A program made the translations under genes and the position numbers. DNA of 51,790 bases, filler included, from Dimargaris cristalligena (taxonomy: Eukaryota): assembly GCA_003614675.1 (NCBI GenBank). It is 2 parts of 2 records of this genome, joined end to end, with 100 filler letters (N's around TTAATTAATTAA, not from the genome) between each part and the next. Parts side by side here need not be neighbours in the genome. Positions count along the whole stretch, not along the records: positions 25,961 to 51,790 come from ML002555.1; 1 more part is not named here. The stretch is one strand, 5' to 3'. Shown one piece after another: positions 37,161 to 51,729 of this stretch. Below the pieces are notes generated by a model. The model saw only the letters and a program-made list of their open reading frames with translations. It did no database searches and was not told the DNA's origin. Positions within the stretch are counted from its first letter, which is position 1. Each line of letters opens with the position of its first letter.

Positions 37161-37167
37161 ATTTATA
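37161..37167 (-). promoter_or_regulatory. TATA box (TATAAAT) of the 269-aa gene
   Basis: About 200 nt upstream of the ATG, followed by a pyrimidine-rich leader. Confidence 0.5.
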
Positions 37168-37373
37168 TTGGGATGCAGGCCCAACATGGAGAGAGGGGAA
37201 CTAGAATGGCTCGGGGACAATCACACTTTAATATACGGAACTGCGAATTAACCAGGGGATGTACGGAAAGAGAAGAAGGATAATCAAACAAAGGCCGATG
37301 GGAGCTAAGACTAGGTTGAACAGGGTAAACTAACCTAGTGGATGAAACGTCGTACCAGATTAGTTGGGCCGGC

Positions 37374-37377
<4 letters not shown>

Positions 37378-37409
<32 letters not shown>
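37378..37409. repeat. (GA)n microsatellite
   Basis: About 16 GA units. Confidence 0.9.
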
Positions 37410-37411
<2 letters not shown>

Positions 37412-39618
37412 AAGAGAGACAGGCCGAGATGCGACAATGAGATCTTCAGTAGGGGGCCACCGCAAACAATCAAGGGAGTGTGAGGATAATGCAAAAATAG
37501 CGGCAAATTAATTGGGCCAACTAAGGATAGCCAAGCCCCATATAACGGTGATTTGTACAGCCCAGGAGGACAGATGTAGAATGCACCGCCAGAACCCCCA
37601 CGCGAGTTTCGGTCAGGCTGAATCGGCCAGCAGGGTAATATAGATAGATTGCTACATATATATTATTGTATACATATATATATACGCACACCCGCAGAGG
37701 CACATGCACGCCCTCGGAAGGTGTGCCGCACAGGAATGGTGAATGTTTAAGGGGGGATATAGTAGTGGTGAGTGGGGAGGGGAGTATACAAGGAAGAGGA
37801 ATGGGGACTCAGTCTGTCGGGGTCGAGGTGACAAGCAGCCCCACTCTCCACCTCCAAGCAGTCCGAACCAAGACCACAGAACGGAGAACCCGCTCGTGGC
37901 CCATTGTAGTGGTTGGAAATGAAATGTAATATATATATATATATATATATTACATATAATTATTATTGTTTTTTGGCCGTGGAGACTATTTATATACTCC
38001 CTTCACTAAAATATTGGCCGCAGGGCCGAGAGAGGGGCTGGGAAAAGGGACGCTGTGGCGAATGAATGATTGAATGATTGAATAAATAAACCCCGGCCTG
38101 ACTGACTGGCTTCAAGATAAAAAAGCACTGTACGGGCATTGATGGTGACAATAATCATAATCATAATCATAATAAAAATAGCAATAGTAATAGTAATACT
38201 AGTGGTTGTAGAAGGTCGACCGAGGCTGCGGTGGAGGCGCCGATATATATCAGGGGAAGCTTATGTGTAAGATGAGCTAATGGAAGGAAGCCACACATTC
38301 GGAAAATTAGAGCCTTAAGCTTTGACCCACCGGAAAGGCTAATGTCCAGTCGATTGTATAAAAACCCCTCTCTCTCTTCCTTCTTCATCCACCTGGCTGG
38401 CTACCAGCACTGCTGTATAAAGGAAGGCATACACTTAGGTGAGCGTCTAGTTCGCCCTAAGCTACGCAACGAAGCAGGGATATCAGTAATGCCATCTGCT
38501 CCGGCAATTTTTTTTAAAAAAAGGCGGACTTGGCATGAAAGGCTGGTGCGGGTATGTGATGGGTCAAAGTCAATCGAAGGGCTCTATATAATAAGCCCCC
38601 GCTGTAATATATACGTAACTAAGAACGACGTGGTTGATACACCAACGGCCGAAAATGATGCGCCCCCCACACAGTCAGTCCCCCCCCACCACCACTACAA
38701 GTGGGGAAGTCAAAAAAAAATTTAAAAAACTGCAATCACACTCGATCTTCACCGGCAGCAGTTAAAGGCCATGGGGATGGGGCTGTACAGTAATCTACCA
38801 AGAAATGAGGGGCCCATTGGATTAACAAGAAGGGAGGAAAAGAGAGAGGGGTGAAGAAAATGACGGATGATCTGAGAGAAATAATCACGGTGATCTACGC
38901 AATCTAGCCAGTCGAGAATACCTAATTTTATCCCCAGAAGAGTGGAAGGTCCGGCCAAAATGTTAGGTGGAAGGGCAGCCGGAATAAAAGGATGGACACT
39001 TATCCTAGGGGAAATCGGCTGGGTGATGATGAGGATGATGAGGATGCTACTGGAGGAAACGGAGGACGGGGGCAATCCACTGCTGAGACTGCGCCTAGAT
39101 TAGAAAAAGCACGGATACGTCGGTAAAAAAATCAGCCTGGCAATTCTTTAATGAATTTCTGCGTTGTCGAGGATAGCCCAAAGGTGAAGGGATAGAGGGA
39201 GAATGTGTGAAATATTAAAAGAGCTGCTGATGTGGGGGGCTAGACCAAGGTGGAAATTCGGCATAGTTCCGAAAGATTGTACCCCCAGTAGCCACACCCA
39301 TGCCAAACATACCGCTCTAAACATTCCATATATATCCAATAGCGAAGAGCACCGTGGCGGAGAGCGGCCGCCGTAAATCGGGGCAAATTGAAGTGTTCGA
39401 GTGGGGATCTACACCTAACCGACAACCGCGCACTTTCGGTCCAATATAACTAAAGGGGAAGACGGGCCATGCATTGGTTGGCTCTTTCATGGAGAGTGTC
39501 GGGTATGGATGGGGTGGGGTGGGCTGTGGGTGGCCCCGGTGGTTTGGTGGGAATTAGGGATTGGCGCCATGTAATATGTCAAGAAAAGGAAATTCGGGTG
39601 ATCGAAATCACGATGGGC

Positions 39619-39640
39619 TTATTATGATTATTACTATTAC

Positions 39641-39671
<31 letters not shown>
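39619..39671. repeat. (TTA)n microsatellite, imperfect
   Basis: Direct inspection. Confidence 0.9.
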
Positions 39672-39816
39672 GATGCCATCCTCCTCCCTACATGGCCCGT
39701 CGCTCTCAGCGCCCATATATAAAAATAAATCTATAAATATATATAGATACACATCAGCCAAGGCCACAATAGACAATACCCAGTAGTGGTGACTTTCGAA
39801 AGAGAAGCCCCCGAAA

Positions 39817-39897
39817 TCATATATAGAGGTATACGTAGGAGAGTCATACATAGAGGTATACGTAGGAGAGTCATACATAGAGGTATACGTAGGAGAG
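39817..39897. repeat. Minisatellite, 3 x 27 bp (TCATACATAGAGGTATACGTAGGAGAG)
   Basis: Units at 39817, 39844 and 39871; one substitution in unit 1. Confidence 0.95.
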
Positions 39898-42800
39898 TGT
39901 GTGGGTGGGAAGTGACGGTAGTAGGATTTGGCAAATCGCTAGAATCGTTGGGGTTGGCTCTAACCCCTTCCGCAAGTGCTGAAATTACCAAAAGCGTGCA
40001 AAGATAAATTCCCAGCAGGCGGATGCATACGGCAGTAGTGGCGGGGGGATACCTGGAAGTAAATATAATAATATGACATTCAAAAGTGCCTTTAGATAGA
40101 GTAGAGGTGCTAAAACACCATGTTTTGAAACGAATACTGTACCCACCCTCCCTAAACTGGTATTGAGAGGCATGGTTCATTTCACCCACTTAGTTTGATG
40201 TACCGACTCGCCATGGGCGGTAGGACCATTGGTGAAGCAGAGCTAGTAATGTGACAATGCAACCGACTGTATCCAATGTAGTGTATGTGTGGGAGCTCCG
40301 TCTTGCCCAAAAGTTGCTTTTTCGACATGCGAGCCTTGTTGTACCTGTTGGAATTGCAAGGCATGTCAGCGGGCGATCCTCACTCTAATGTACCTAAATA
40401 AGCCATGGTCTGAATAAGATGTTCAAATAGCCGGATGACGACAGGCGGCGGTAGCAGCCTCTCCCATCCACCCACACCACCACCGTCTTATGCTATTAGT
40501 GCCACACTCTCTCTTTCTCTATATCTGTCCTTTCCTTCCCCCAATCAGAGCAGTACACTGTATATATCGCCCTTTCATTTACACACTAACCTCTTCGTTT
40601 CGGTGTGACCCAAGTTGGACCCAACCATCTCATGCACCTCGTGACCCCCTTTGGTCCGTATATAATAATACCATGAATACAATCCACTGGGTATAATAAA
40701 AGATGGATCTATTGCGCACAGTGGGACAATGGGTTCTACTAAAGTACAAAAGGGCCGTCGTCTTTGAGACCGAATCGAAAATGACAATTCAGGGAAAAAG
40801 GGGCGCCAAGCGCGGTAGAACAGTGCACAATTGGTAACCAGTAGTAGCTAAAGGACGAAGGAGAAAATTAGCGACTAAGGGAGTCCTCTTACTCCGCCCA
40901 ATGGGGACCGCTAGCCAAATACACCTACCTACAGACCCAACCGTTGGTGTTTCCGCCGTACCTGTAGCACCTACTGGGTTACATCCTGTACCACTCTCTC
41001 ACCTTCGTTGTTGTTGGGAATGGCCGCGCAGACCTTCCCCTTTTCTTTTTTATATCCATGCATATGGATCAATATTCCCTATTTTTATATCTCTCGCCGT
41101 TTTTTCCGGCTATACATTTCTCCATTATTATTTTTACTTTACTAGGCTAAACATCCGCTAGCTGGCCCCAGTTGATTGCCTCCTGCCCATTTTACCCCCT
41201 TTTCCTTTTAGTCGGTTCCATCGTGTAATGAACCTGGGGTTCCACCAGGGCCGTCCAGAAATTCAACCATTCGTCGGTCGTCCCGAAAGAGTAGGCGAAA
41301 CACCCGTCTCAAAAGGGCAGGCAGCGTGAGGGCCCGTCCTCTTTTCTTGGGGCGACGGCTGTAACCTCCATCCACACTAACCTAGTCAGCGGCCATTTAA
41401 TCCTTTCCCGTATTTTATTATGTTTATTTTTAGTCTTGGCTCGAGATTGGAAGGAAGCAACAGTGTGACCACCATTCGGGAATTACCGAATGGTGGTAAG
41501 AGATGGGTCATTGGGCTAGGGACTGGCCAATAAGTATTAGGCCGATTGATTCTTGTTTTCAATCTAGAAGAGTAGTGAACCCACCACACACACACACACA
41601 CACATACATATAAACATACATATATTGTAATATCATATATATACACGTAAATATATTTAGCACTGTGGTATTTTTGATTTTCGGCGATTTTTTTTTCTCT
41701 CTTCATCCGTCGATCTAGTTTCCATCCCATGCTATCCCGTTCATAAATATTTAGCCATTAGGGCGATGTCCCTCGGGTCTATCCGATTAACGGGATTTGA
41801 GGCAAGTCGAAAGGTATATCGACATTTCCCTCGATGATATTCACCGTCCATTTTTATTGTTTATCCACTAGTTTGAGAGGACTATGCTCCCTATTTTAAT
41901 TGTTTTTTTCTTAAAAAAAGTATAACGATGCACCTAATACTTTTTTGACATGATGCGACTAACAATGATCCTTTAGGAGATGTCCGCTCGCCTCCCAGCA
42001 ATCACATGTTTCCCGTTGCAATGAGCAATTCCACATTTTCAGAAGTATAGGGTGGAGGGATGGTCGGTGGATGGGCGATGTTCTGGGGTTTCTCCATTTC
42101 ACCTTAAATAGACATGGCCCACATTAGGGATGGTCCCAACCATTGAATTATAAGTACCGGTTCTGCACATAGCGGTGCGGATTGGACTGTCGGCTGGTAA
42201 ACCAGAATACCTGGTTGATTTACGGTTAATTCAGCCACCCCGATTAGGTCCAACATATTCCACTCTACGCCGCGATGCCAGTGATGGGAGATGAATACAT
42301 TGCATAGACATGCCTATGCACCCACTGACATGTAGAACTAGTCCGGCGCAATTAAGCCTATTTTATGTTAGACCGGGTGGTGCAGGTAGCCCTAGAAGAT
42401 TCGCCGGCCATAAGATAATAATAATTGATATGCACGGAAATCAGTTCTTTCCTAGTGACATCGCCTTACTCACTCAAAGGTTCTATTGACACTGCTACCG
42501 CCACATCTCTCCTTTTCCATCCTTCTTATGTTCTTACTTTCTTTTTCGTTTTCTCTGGGTGCATTAGATGTTGTTCGATATCGACTATTACCGTGTTCTC
42601 CAAAAAGTGTCTATCCTTCCCCATGTCAATATGCCCGATTCGGGGATGTTCCTCGTAGGGTCGTGCATTACCAGGCAAGAGTCGTTATTTATCAAGACTT
42701 TTACCGACTCTGAATTGCTTTTTCGTTTTTATCCCATTCAAGGTGCTAGGGACTGGACTGGAGAGGAAATTCCCTTGTTCACTACTGCGGGAATCGGCCG

Positions 42801-45800
42801 GATGGTGCGATATGTTGTCCCCCTCCCCATCTAATAGTTAATGGGTATAGTAAAAACCAGTCGAACATTCCCATGTCGGTGGTACCCTGCACGCCACCGG
42901 GTTTGGTGGTGATAAGGGGAACGGAGGGACGTCAGCCCCACTCCCAAGTTCTTATTTTATGACATACATATAATAGCGCCGCTCGCGCATTATCCCCCCC
43001 ATCAATACACTAACATCCGGGTTCAGTAGCCAATTCAGTATCGGGCCATTTTTTTATTTACACGTTGTGACGACCCAGAGGGGAAAAGTGGTGGAGAGGA
43101 GGTCTGGGCACCACTGAGCGGAGGGGGGGGGGAGAGAGACTGAACAGTCCAAATGCAGGAGAGAGCGGGAAATGTGGTGGTGTGACTGATTAATGGAGAC
43201 GTGAAATGTAGGTGCACGTCTAGTCAGCTCGTGAACAGCGTCGTATTCATCCGCTTCTTACATGGTGTAATAGAACGGTGCGTTCATTATATTTCTATTC
43301 CTCCCTTCCGCCTTATTTAATCCATTCCATGTCGAACTTATTACTTATCATTGATGCGACAGTCATGATCACCAAGTTCTTGTTCTATCCAACTGGTGGT
43401 GTCACTCTACTACCACCACCCCCCTACCTGCCTTTTCCTCTTACTCCCCCCTGGTGCAAGGGAAATTTATTGGCGAAAAGGCCAGGCGCCAGTCTCCGAG
43501 GAGGACCGTCCGAGTTGGCTAAGCCTCTATATTATTGACCTTCAGCCAGTTTGGGCTGGGGTTGGTATTATGAAGCGACTCATTAATGATCTTCAATCAA
43601 TTGCACCACTGTGGCTATGACCCGCTGGAAGATAAAAAGGGGGAGCGGAGGTTGATTAAACTACAACTACCAGGCTCAACTGGAATTCATTTGCCAACGA
43701 AGTTGTTGGCTAGGATAATCATACTATTATTTTTGACAATGTGGTGTTGGGCGGGCATGTGGGGATTGTTGAAGATGTGGGGAGTGGCCATTTGATGCCC
43801 GCGCCTGGGGTCCTTCGATTACAGTGTTCTCTCTCTAGCTTTTTTTGGGGGGGTGATTGATTTTTAGTGTATTATATCCCTAGCGCGAATTCCTTGGCCT
43901 TCGCAATGGAATGGTAGCGAGAATGATAATAGCCTGGGTTTACCGCGTGTTCTCCACTCTATTCCACTGTTGGGTGGGTACCAGATGTTACCGTTGAGGT
44001 AATACCGTCATACCCAAAATGCCAGTTCGCGCTTCCCACCTCCCCTTTCCAATGTTCGGTGACACACTGTTTTACACTCCAGGGTAAGAAACCGTTCGTT
44101 AGTTCATTTGCGGATATGGCTATAACCAGCTTCAGGTGAAATAAAAAGTGAGTATAAGTCATAGTGGCATGCTCAATTATAGACCCCCCTTCCCTAACTC
44201 CCCCCCTCACCTGTACCCCTTGCGATCCAGGACGGATTGCAGGCCTAGACGGAATTACACAGCTTTAAGCTGTGGGTGATACCGGTTATCTCCTTTTCTC
44301 TCTCTCTCTCTCTCTCTCTATTCCCTCTCTCTCCTAACCACACTTCTGCGGCACCTTTAATGCCTAATTACCGCATGCATTGCCATCTCGAATGGAGAGG
44401 TCCACATGGTGGATGTAAATTAATAAAGTAAAAGGAAGTGACCCCAACTCAATAAACCCCACTCCAAAAATAATAAGATTCATACATGTGCCCTATAGAT
44501 TCCACCGCGATGATATACGCATACCGCCATTTCATAATTAGCCTGGCCCGTTTATCGCGTTTCATCAAAATTCACAGCAGTTGGGCTCAGTGACACTTTG
44601 GTGCGAGAGAACGATGGGTCTGGTCTAGGCCAGAGGGTGCTAGGGAGCGAGCGGCCCTTATCTATAGGAAGCATAAAAATGCATGTGGGTTGAGTGGTAC
44701 TGTCTCCAAAGTGTGACGTGGTACGAAGGGAAATGGTCGGTCTGTTGCCGATGTTTAAAATACGTGAATTAGAGAATATGGCTCCACCAGAACGGCCTAT
44801 CACTACTGTTGTAGATAACTAAGCTGTGGGCATGGGAGGAGGGGGTGTAGGGAGGAACTATGGCTTGCAATGGGACTGGTTGACTATACAATCATCTATT
44901 CCGGGGGTTATAATGACGGGGAGCGATCGCTAACTACAGGACCCCTGATTCCTGCGCATGGTGGTATAACGCTTCCAATCAAGCGGCTGAAATCATAGAG
45001 GTGATGGTGGCAGGCGGGTGATGAACTGCGGCCACCTCTACCTACCTGATAACTGCCGTATCAGATCTACCAACCGTTTTGGCTTCGATCAATAGCATCC
45101 CTATTGCTTCGGATTTCACAATGATCCGAGATATAGGAGGGGGGGATTGACCTCCTCCCATCTTTGATTCTTCCCGCCTATCATTGGAATAATGCCAACT
45201 AGGTTGGGTGATGATCATTAAAGGGTATTAGGAAGTGCACTAGGTATAGGGATTGTCCAGTCGCCAAGGTCGATTCAATAAAAAATGGTGTCAACCAATG
45301 CCCTCGCTGTACCGTTTCGGAATATTTGATTTCAGGCGAACTGGCCGTGTGTCAATCATTCCGTCCTATAGGCGCTGCTAGTGCAACCATTAGGAGAGAT
45401 CGACCCCATTAGTGATGTTGAGGTCACCTGATCCTCCCTACTCTAAAGCAACGCCTAAAAGGCGAAGAACAGTTACCGGCCCCATTAAAACATAATAGAT
45501 TAGCCCGAGGTATAAATTAGATAATGATCTGCGCTACTCGGCAAACCTTATGTCTTAATAAAATACTTATACTTATATCCATACATTTAGTTATTATCCC
45601 CCTCAAACCCCAACTCGGCTGAGGTAGTAGATCCTAGCCCAACTCGGCCTACCTGTAACACTAGGGCCTTCCGATTACCCTCTTTTCGATACTATAAACC
45701 CGATGATGAGGTATAAATCTACTAAAAGATGGGCGCGGGGACTGGCTATTTGCGAATGTTGATCTTTATGCCCATCCACTTTCTCTTCTCCTCCTACTCA

Positions 45801-48800
45801 CCCTCTTCCTCTCCCCCCTGAAGCGTTCAGATTGAATGTTAACTCCGAATGGATATTGGGTATTGGGGCTCGCAATCTCCGGGTTGCATGTCGGCTTTTA
45901 GACACCCCCCCCCCCCACACTTTATTTTTACCATGGGAGCCTAAGCCACCATGTAACAAATGTAGCTCCCCATGATCTAGGGTTGACCTAATATCCGATG
46001 GCAATGCCTGGGCGAGTGCAACACCCGTGACTGTGATTGGTAAGCTACGAATAATATACAGCCAAGTGGCCCTTAACCCCCCTCTCCCCCAACGAGATTT
46101 TCACATCACGAATACATAGGTTAAAGGTCTAATGATTTGAGCATGGACAAAGTCAGCCAATCCAAACGAATTCCGATTTTCCATCACGGCCACTGCATTT
46201 CGCTGGGATTTTTTTTTGGGAGAGGTTGGGGAGTGGAGGAATAGGGAAGGGGGGTAGTAGAGCAGCAGGCTAAAGGGGATTCACCCAATGCCTCTCTGCC
46301 TCTCCAAATGTGAGATAATTATTACATTGTTTAGCAGTCGGTAGATTGAAGATTGCTCGCATTGTCCCTAGCGGTGGACATAGTTGCCTAGAGTCCTATA
46401 ATTGATTAACCTCCTTTGGGTTACATTTAGGTGTTCCCTAAGTTTCACCAGCCATAGCACCGTACGACCTCCAGATTGGTACACCAAGTGCCCCCAAAAG
46501 CCATTGTTTTACATGAGTTATTCGTCGCCAATAGGTTGTATTCTATAACCCTAACCTAAAAGGAAAAGAAAAAACTCCTAAAGCGAAGATGACCAATGTT
46601 TAGTGGTTGTAGAATGGCAGCTGCGATTGTTTATATTTCCCTCCTTCTTTATGTCTCCCTTCGTAGACCGAAAATCCGATTTCGTATTGGTCTATAGGGA
46701 GGTGGGTTGCAATCCCGGATATCATTTATATATAGATATATATTTACTTTAGTGCCATGATCAAGGCCAATTTTAATTGGTGAGTGAAGAGTAGGACGGA
46801 CAAAGATGAAATGGTTTTCACCATCAATAATCGGCCGTGCCGGTTGTTGCTCGATGTAGAGGGAAGGGATGAGAGAGAGAGAGAGAGGGTCGTTTTAGTC
46901 TACCAAGTCGGTGGTAATTCGTTGTAAATCCAAGATGTATTACGCCTTTGCGTGACCCCTAGGGCGGTGCTTGTGACACCCTTCATCTTTTATGTGTCCT
47001 AAGTCGCCCGCCGGATACTCTTTTGGGTTTGCACCCGCTTGGCTTTCTTGGGATACTATTTCCTCACTCTACGCGTATATATTTTCCCCCCAAATAATAA
47101 CCGGCAATACAATGGTAACTATAGATTGTTGTAAATTGTGCAATTTAATCGTACGGCAGACCTAGGGCGGTGGGGTGGGCGTAGTACCATATGGTGTCAC
47201 GGCAGGGTCTTCAAATATTCCCAAGCACACGTCGGTAAGCTGGAGTATTACAAGGCCCAGCCTTATGTAAGCGGAGCGGTTGGCATGAGCGCGGAAGGTA
47301 CGAATGGGCTGATTTAGATAAGGCATACGCAATACAAAGGCTGGCAAAAGCAACCAACAGATTCGGGCAAATTTAACCAACTTTCGCTATATACCCGAGG
47401 GTACTTTAAAGACCAGAGGCATGTTGAACCCAATGACCAAACACGAGAAACTCAAGAGTCGTTTGGAAGTCCTTCCGTATCGGCATGTAGAAGGTGCTGG
47501 GTTGCACATCCCCATTATTTCTGAAACTTGACCTGAGCCTGGGAGCGAGTGGAACTATTCTATCGTATGTCATCCTCCCTCCCACTCCCACTCTCTCTTT
47601 CTTTTTTCTATCCTCCCAGGTTACTTTTAATCGTCTCCATCAGTTCGTATTCGCGACTTTACCCCACGCATGGCGGATCTGCATGGGTATTTGGTGGAAT
47701 ATTCACTTCCAATTATCATTAATCACCACCCCCTCCATACCGCCCCGTTTTCGATGGTAAAGGTCGGTTTTTTTGGGGGGGGGGTGTATGTCGTGCATGA
47801 ACGGGAATGGTATATTTAGATAGCGGAGGGACCAATTGCGACATAATAGTCCTGTTTCCGGAATAATTCCCTGACCACGCCCCGAGAAAATAGACACTGG
47901 AAGTCTTCAGCCACCGACCATTCCCAAAACGGGAGCAATGGTCGGTGGCTTGTAACCGGGTTTGTAATATCCAGTGACATCGGCATTGATCAAAGCAATT
48001 GCCGGCTAGACCGGATACATCTAAATAAAGAATGATCAAATTATTCATATGTCCCCCATCCTCTCTGGGCGCTTTCGGAATGCCCATGAACATGCCAAAG
48101 GAAAATAGGAACATCCCAAACTATCCCATCTGTGCTACTCCAGTTTAAGAAGGCGCGAATATTGTGATTGAATAATGTGAAACAAAATATGTGCTCTCCG
48201 ACATCCTAAATATTAATCGACTATACATTCGGTAATATTGGATAGATGGTCCCTATCGGGGTTTCCACCTACCTACCCTCCGCGTTTCTACCCTTAGGTT
48301 TTTTTTTTGACGATATTTAGTTCCACCTTCCTTTCACGCCCACCCTAATACTATTAACGGCTACATAGGTTAACATTTTTGGGCAACTTGGGTTCAAGGC
48401 GGCGAAATGGGCCGTCGAAAATGGTCAGTTGAACCTAGTGATATCTGACTAACTGGCCAGTCGCAAACCTTTTTGACTTCTCTGTACAACCCAAACACTA
48501 TTCCCATTGCCCTCCCGCAACTGTTACACCACCTATGATCTATGGGAATTGGTGGGTCTGCCCACTTTTCGTAATTTCCAAGTATTCCTTACTGAGTATA
48601 TTTCACGGCTTAGGTGTCTGCCACTAGTATATTCACAGTACCGAAAGGTGCCACAAATGGTAATCAATAAGATCGTGTTTCATATGTTTGGTCACGTTGG
48701 GGCCAGTGGGGAAGGGGAGGGTAAACGAGGGTTTTAAAAAAAACCATACCCTTTGTTGATTTGGAATCACCAACAACCTTGCCAGTCAAAGTTAAAAGAA

Positions 48801-51729
48801 AAGGAAATCTGGAGTCCGTACTGGGTATCCAACGTTGGAATTTCTCTAGACATCCTCGCCCTGTCAGATTGCTGTCTAGCATCATTTCTCTGAACTTGTC
48901 AGGCATCACCCTTCCCCTCTTGGTCTGTGGCGATTGATCAGCTGATGGATACCGGTTAATTATGTTCCAATTACAGGCTAACTGCGGCTGACGGCTGTAG
49001 CTTAAAGATAAGAGGAGAGGGTAATAAAGGCCGAGAGGCAGTGACGGTGGCGGCGCCGCCACCATCATCACCACCCTTCGTAATTTGTTTCGATGCCCCA
49101 TGGGAACTTCGTTTGATACCTCGCGGCTGTTTTCAATCTAGCTGTGTGTCCGACCCACTTGATGTTACACGGTTGCCAGTCGTCCATGTGCAGTCTAAAT
49201 CATTCGTATTCCGGCAAACAAGGAGGTGGGGGGGGGAGGAGCAATTGGTGCATTAATATTAGCTAATTTACGGGCCACCATTCACTCTCTGTGTATTCAG
49301 TCGCCCAGTTGAAGTCTGATTCTGAGGGATTGGGAGAGAGTGAGTGATTTATGGGTGTTGATGTAAATATGAAATACCTACGCGATATTGAGCATTTGGA
49401 AAGGCCGGTGAGTCATACGGGTAGCTGATCAGTGCCTCGACTGTTGAGCCGCTACTAATTATGCATTCGTGTAGAAAGGCTCTGCCTCAATTCCGATGCA
49501 TCGTAGCTATTTTTAGCGAACGAAGTAATTCTAGTGTTGGAGGATAATGATTCGCTGCATTAACCCTATTTTAGTAGAAATGTATCGAATGGAGTGGACA
49601 ATCTTTCACCAAATTGACCCGTTTTAATAACTGGAAGTTCATGTCTAGCGTCGCCAACCGTTTTACTACGTTGCCTTTACCATCTAGGATATGATTGAAA
49701 CCAGGTGTTTTGATATGTGGAAATGAATATCAATGTAATGCAGTACGCCTCATATGTCAAAGTACTTTATTTCACTCAGTCGACTATTCCAATCAATTTT
49801 TGCCTTTTATTAAAAATGGGATGTAACGGATACGAATTTTAACCTTCACCGTCTTCATCAAACCGCTGCAACAGAATAATCCGGCATTTTATTAGTATGA
49901 TCTTTGCCGAAATAGGGCACGGATGGGCGGATATTGAATGTGGGTTGGAATAGTTTAGATCAGGGTTGTTGGTTATCACTCTAGTGCCGCTCGTCCCTTT
50001 GAAATCACTTCCTTCAACTTATATTATATCGCTTCCTTGTGGATAGGTAACTATTACCATTCTTGAGCGTAGAGGGTCTCCATCAGGATGACCCTCGGGG
50101 ATCAACCAGGCCACTGTGGCTCTCTAATTAAGGACATAGGACCTTTTAGGCATACTTAATTTTCCTGTTAAGTGAGGGCGTGGGACTGTAAAGTTGATCC
50201 CTTACCAACATCCCCCCGCCTATGAACCGGGGTTGGAAGTGAATAGCAAAACTATTGGTTTAATACTAGGCAATTTAACCTTATATTTCGAGCTGGCATC
50301 CTTGATTATCTTTAGTCCACCTGGAAGCGAAGATTTCTTATTATTTTATCACACAAGGGTACCCCAAAAGGGAATGTCTGCTCTTTTCCGTATACAGTGT
50401 AATTATAACAGCATATCTAGGCATTCTAAAAGTTTCAGCCAATAATACCCATATGGTTCAAGTGACCAGCATAGGGGTAAATCATTATGTGTTTACAATA
50501 TATAGGTGTTTTCTTGTAAAATAGTTAGTTTAGGGCTTAACCATGGCTTAATGAAATCGAGGAATGCCAGATCCTCTTTAGAGGATCGTTCTTCCACATG
50601 GGGGCGTATTTTTCTGCTTCATGGAGTTCGACCTTATTAACCACTTTACGGCCAACATGGCAAAGCATACCTTTAGGTACAACAGTGATCCGTTGTTATT
50701 TTGGAATATACCACTGGCTTACTTACACATTTGCCAACAAGCAATTTTCTCTTTTGGTCCATCATTTCATGGCCAAATTGAGCCAGCATAGGGGTACATC
50801 TGGGAACTGAAAACTCTACAGACCAATGCACTTTTTATCATGAAGGGACATCCCCGGGGTTCCACTCCTATGCTCATTTGGTTCAGGTCAAATGGCATGA
50901 TAGGAGGGGATGGGGAGGATACCTAAATGAGGGTTTCATATACTCAATTTAGTCACCGGTACGGTGGTTGTCAAGTGACGGAAATATAGCCATAGTTCCC
51001 CAGTACAGTATAGGGAAGTGTTAGCTTTGGGACATTACTATCCATGGATGAAGCTGGAGAGACTAATATACTCAAAAACCAATGAGAGTGCCACCGCTAA
51101 GCAACCAAAACACCTGGGGTTCCCCACCATGTGATATATGAATGGTTTTATTGACCCTATTGGTCCCCTTTATGGTCCTGGGAGATAAAAATAAATAGTA
51201 TTATATGTAATTATAAGTTCATTATGACCCTATACAATAGTGATTATATTTATAATTTCATATGCTTTTAATTTCCCCTCAAAACCAGACTTGATGGTAA
51301 AATCCAGCCCTCCTTTATCCTATCACCAAGCAAGTACTTTGCATGTCACCCAAGTTAACTACACTTAGTCTGTCAAGAGTCTCAGGGATAGGCTTCTAAT
51401 GGTAGGTAGGCTTAGGCTTGGCCAAGCAGGCTACTAATATCAGGGTGGGGTTAATACTAACTAAATAAAGGCAAGTGCAGTAGCTATGCAAGGGACATGT
51501 AGTGGTATATGCTTACTGATTAGTATGGGGGCAGGTGAGCATATAAGGAGTATATTGAGTAAACTGAGGGGATAAGAATAAGCTGAAGACTCTAACTGGT
51601 CCAAAGAGCCTAGTTATATATACACAAAGGACTACTCTAATGGGAGGTCCCAAAGGAAAGAAATGTATAACTAATTCATAGGTAAGTAAGCCAGCTGGGG
51701 GGTCCTTGTATCAGGAAGATTCTTATGGG

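Noticed and set aside
39817-39897. 27-bp repeats as a CRISPR array
   Set aside because: Head-to-tail with no spacers, eukaryotic context, no cas genes.
42568-42834. 88-aa ORF after a polypyrimidine tract
   Set aside because: No recognisable motif or codon bias; cannot be supported without homology or RNA data.
49046-49063. Perfect 18-bp palindrome GGTGGCGGCGCCGCCACC (and a 17-nt inverted repeat at 44258-44274)
   Set aside because: Isolated and built from low-complexity triplets; no associated gene or element.
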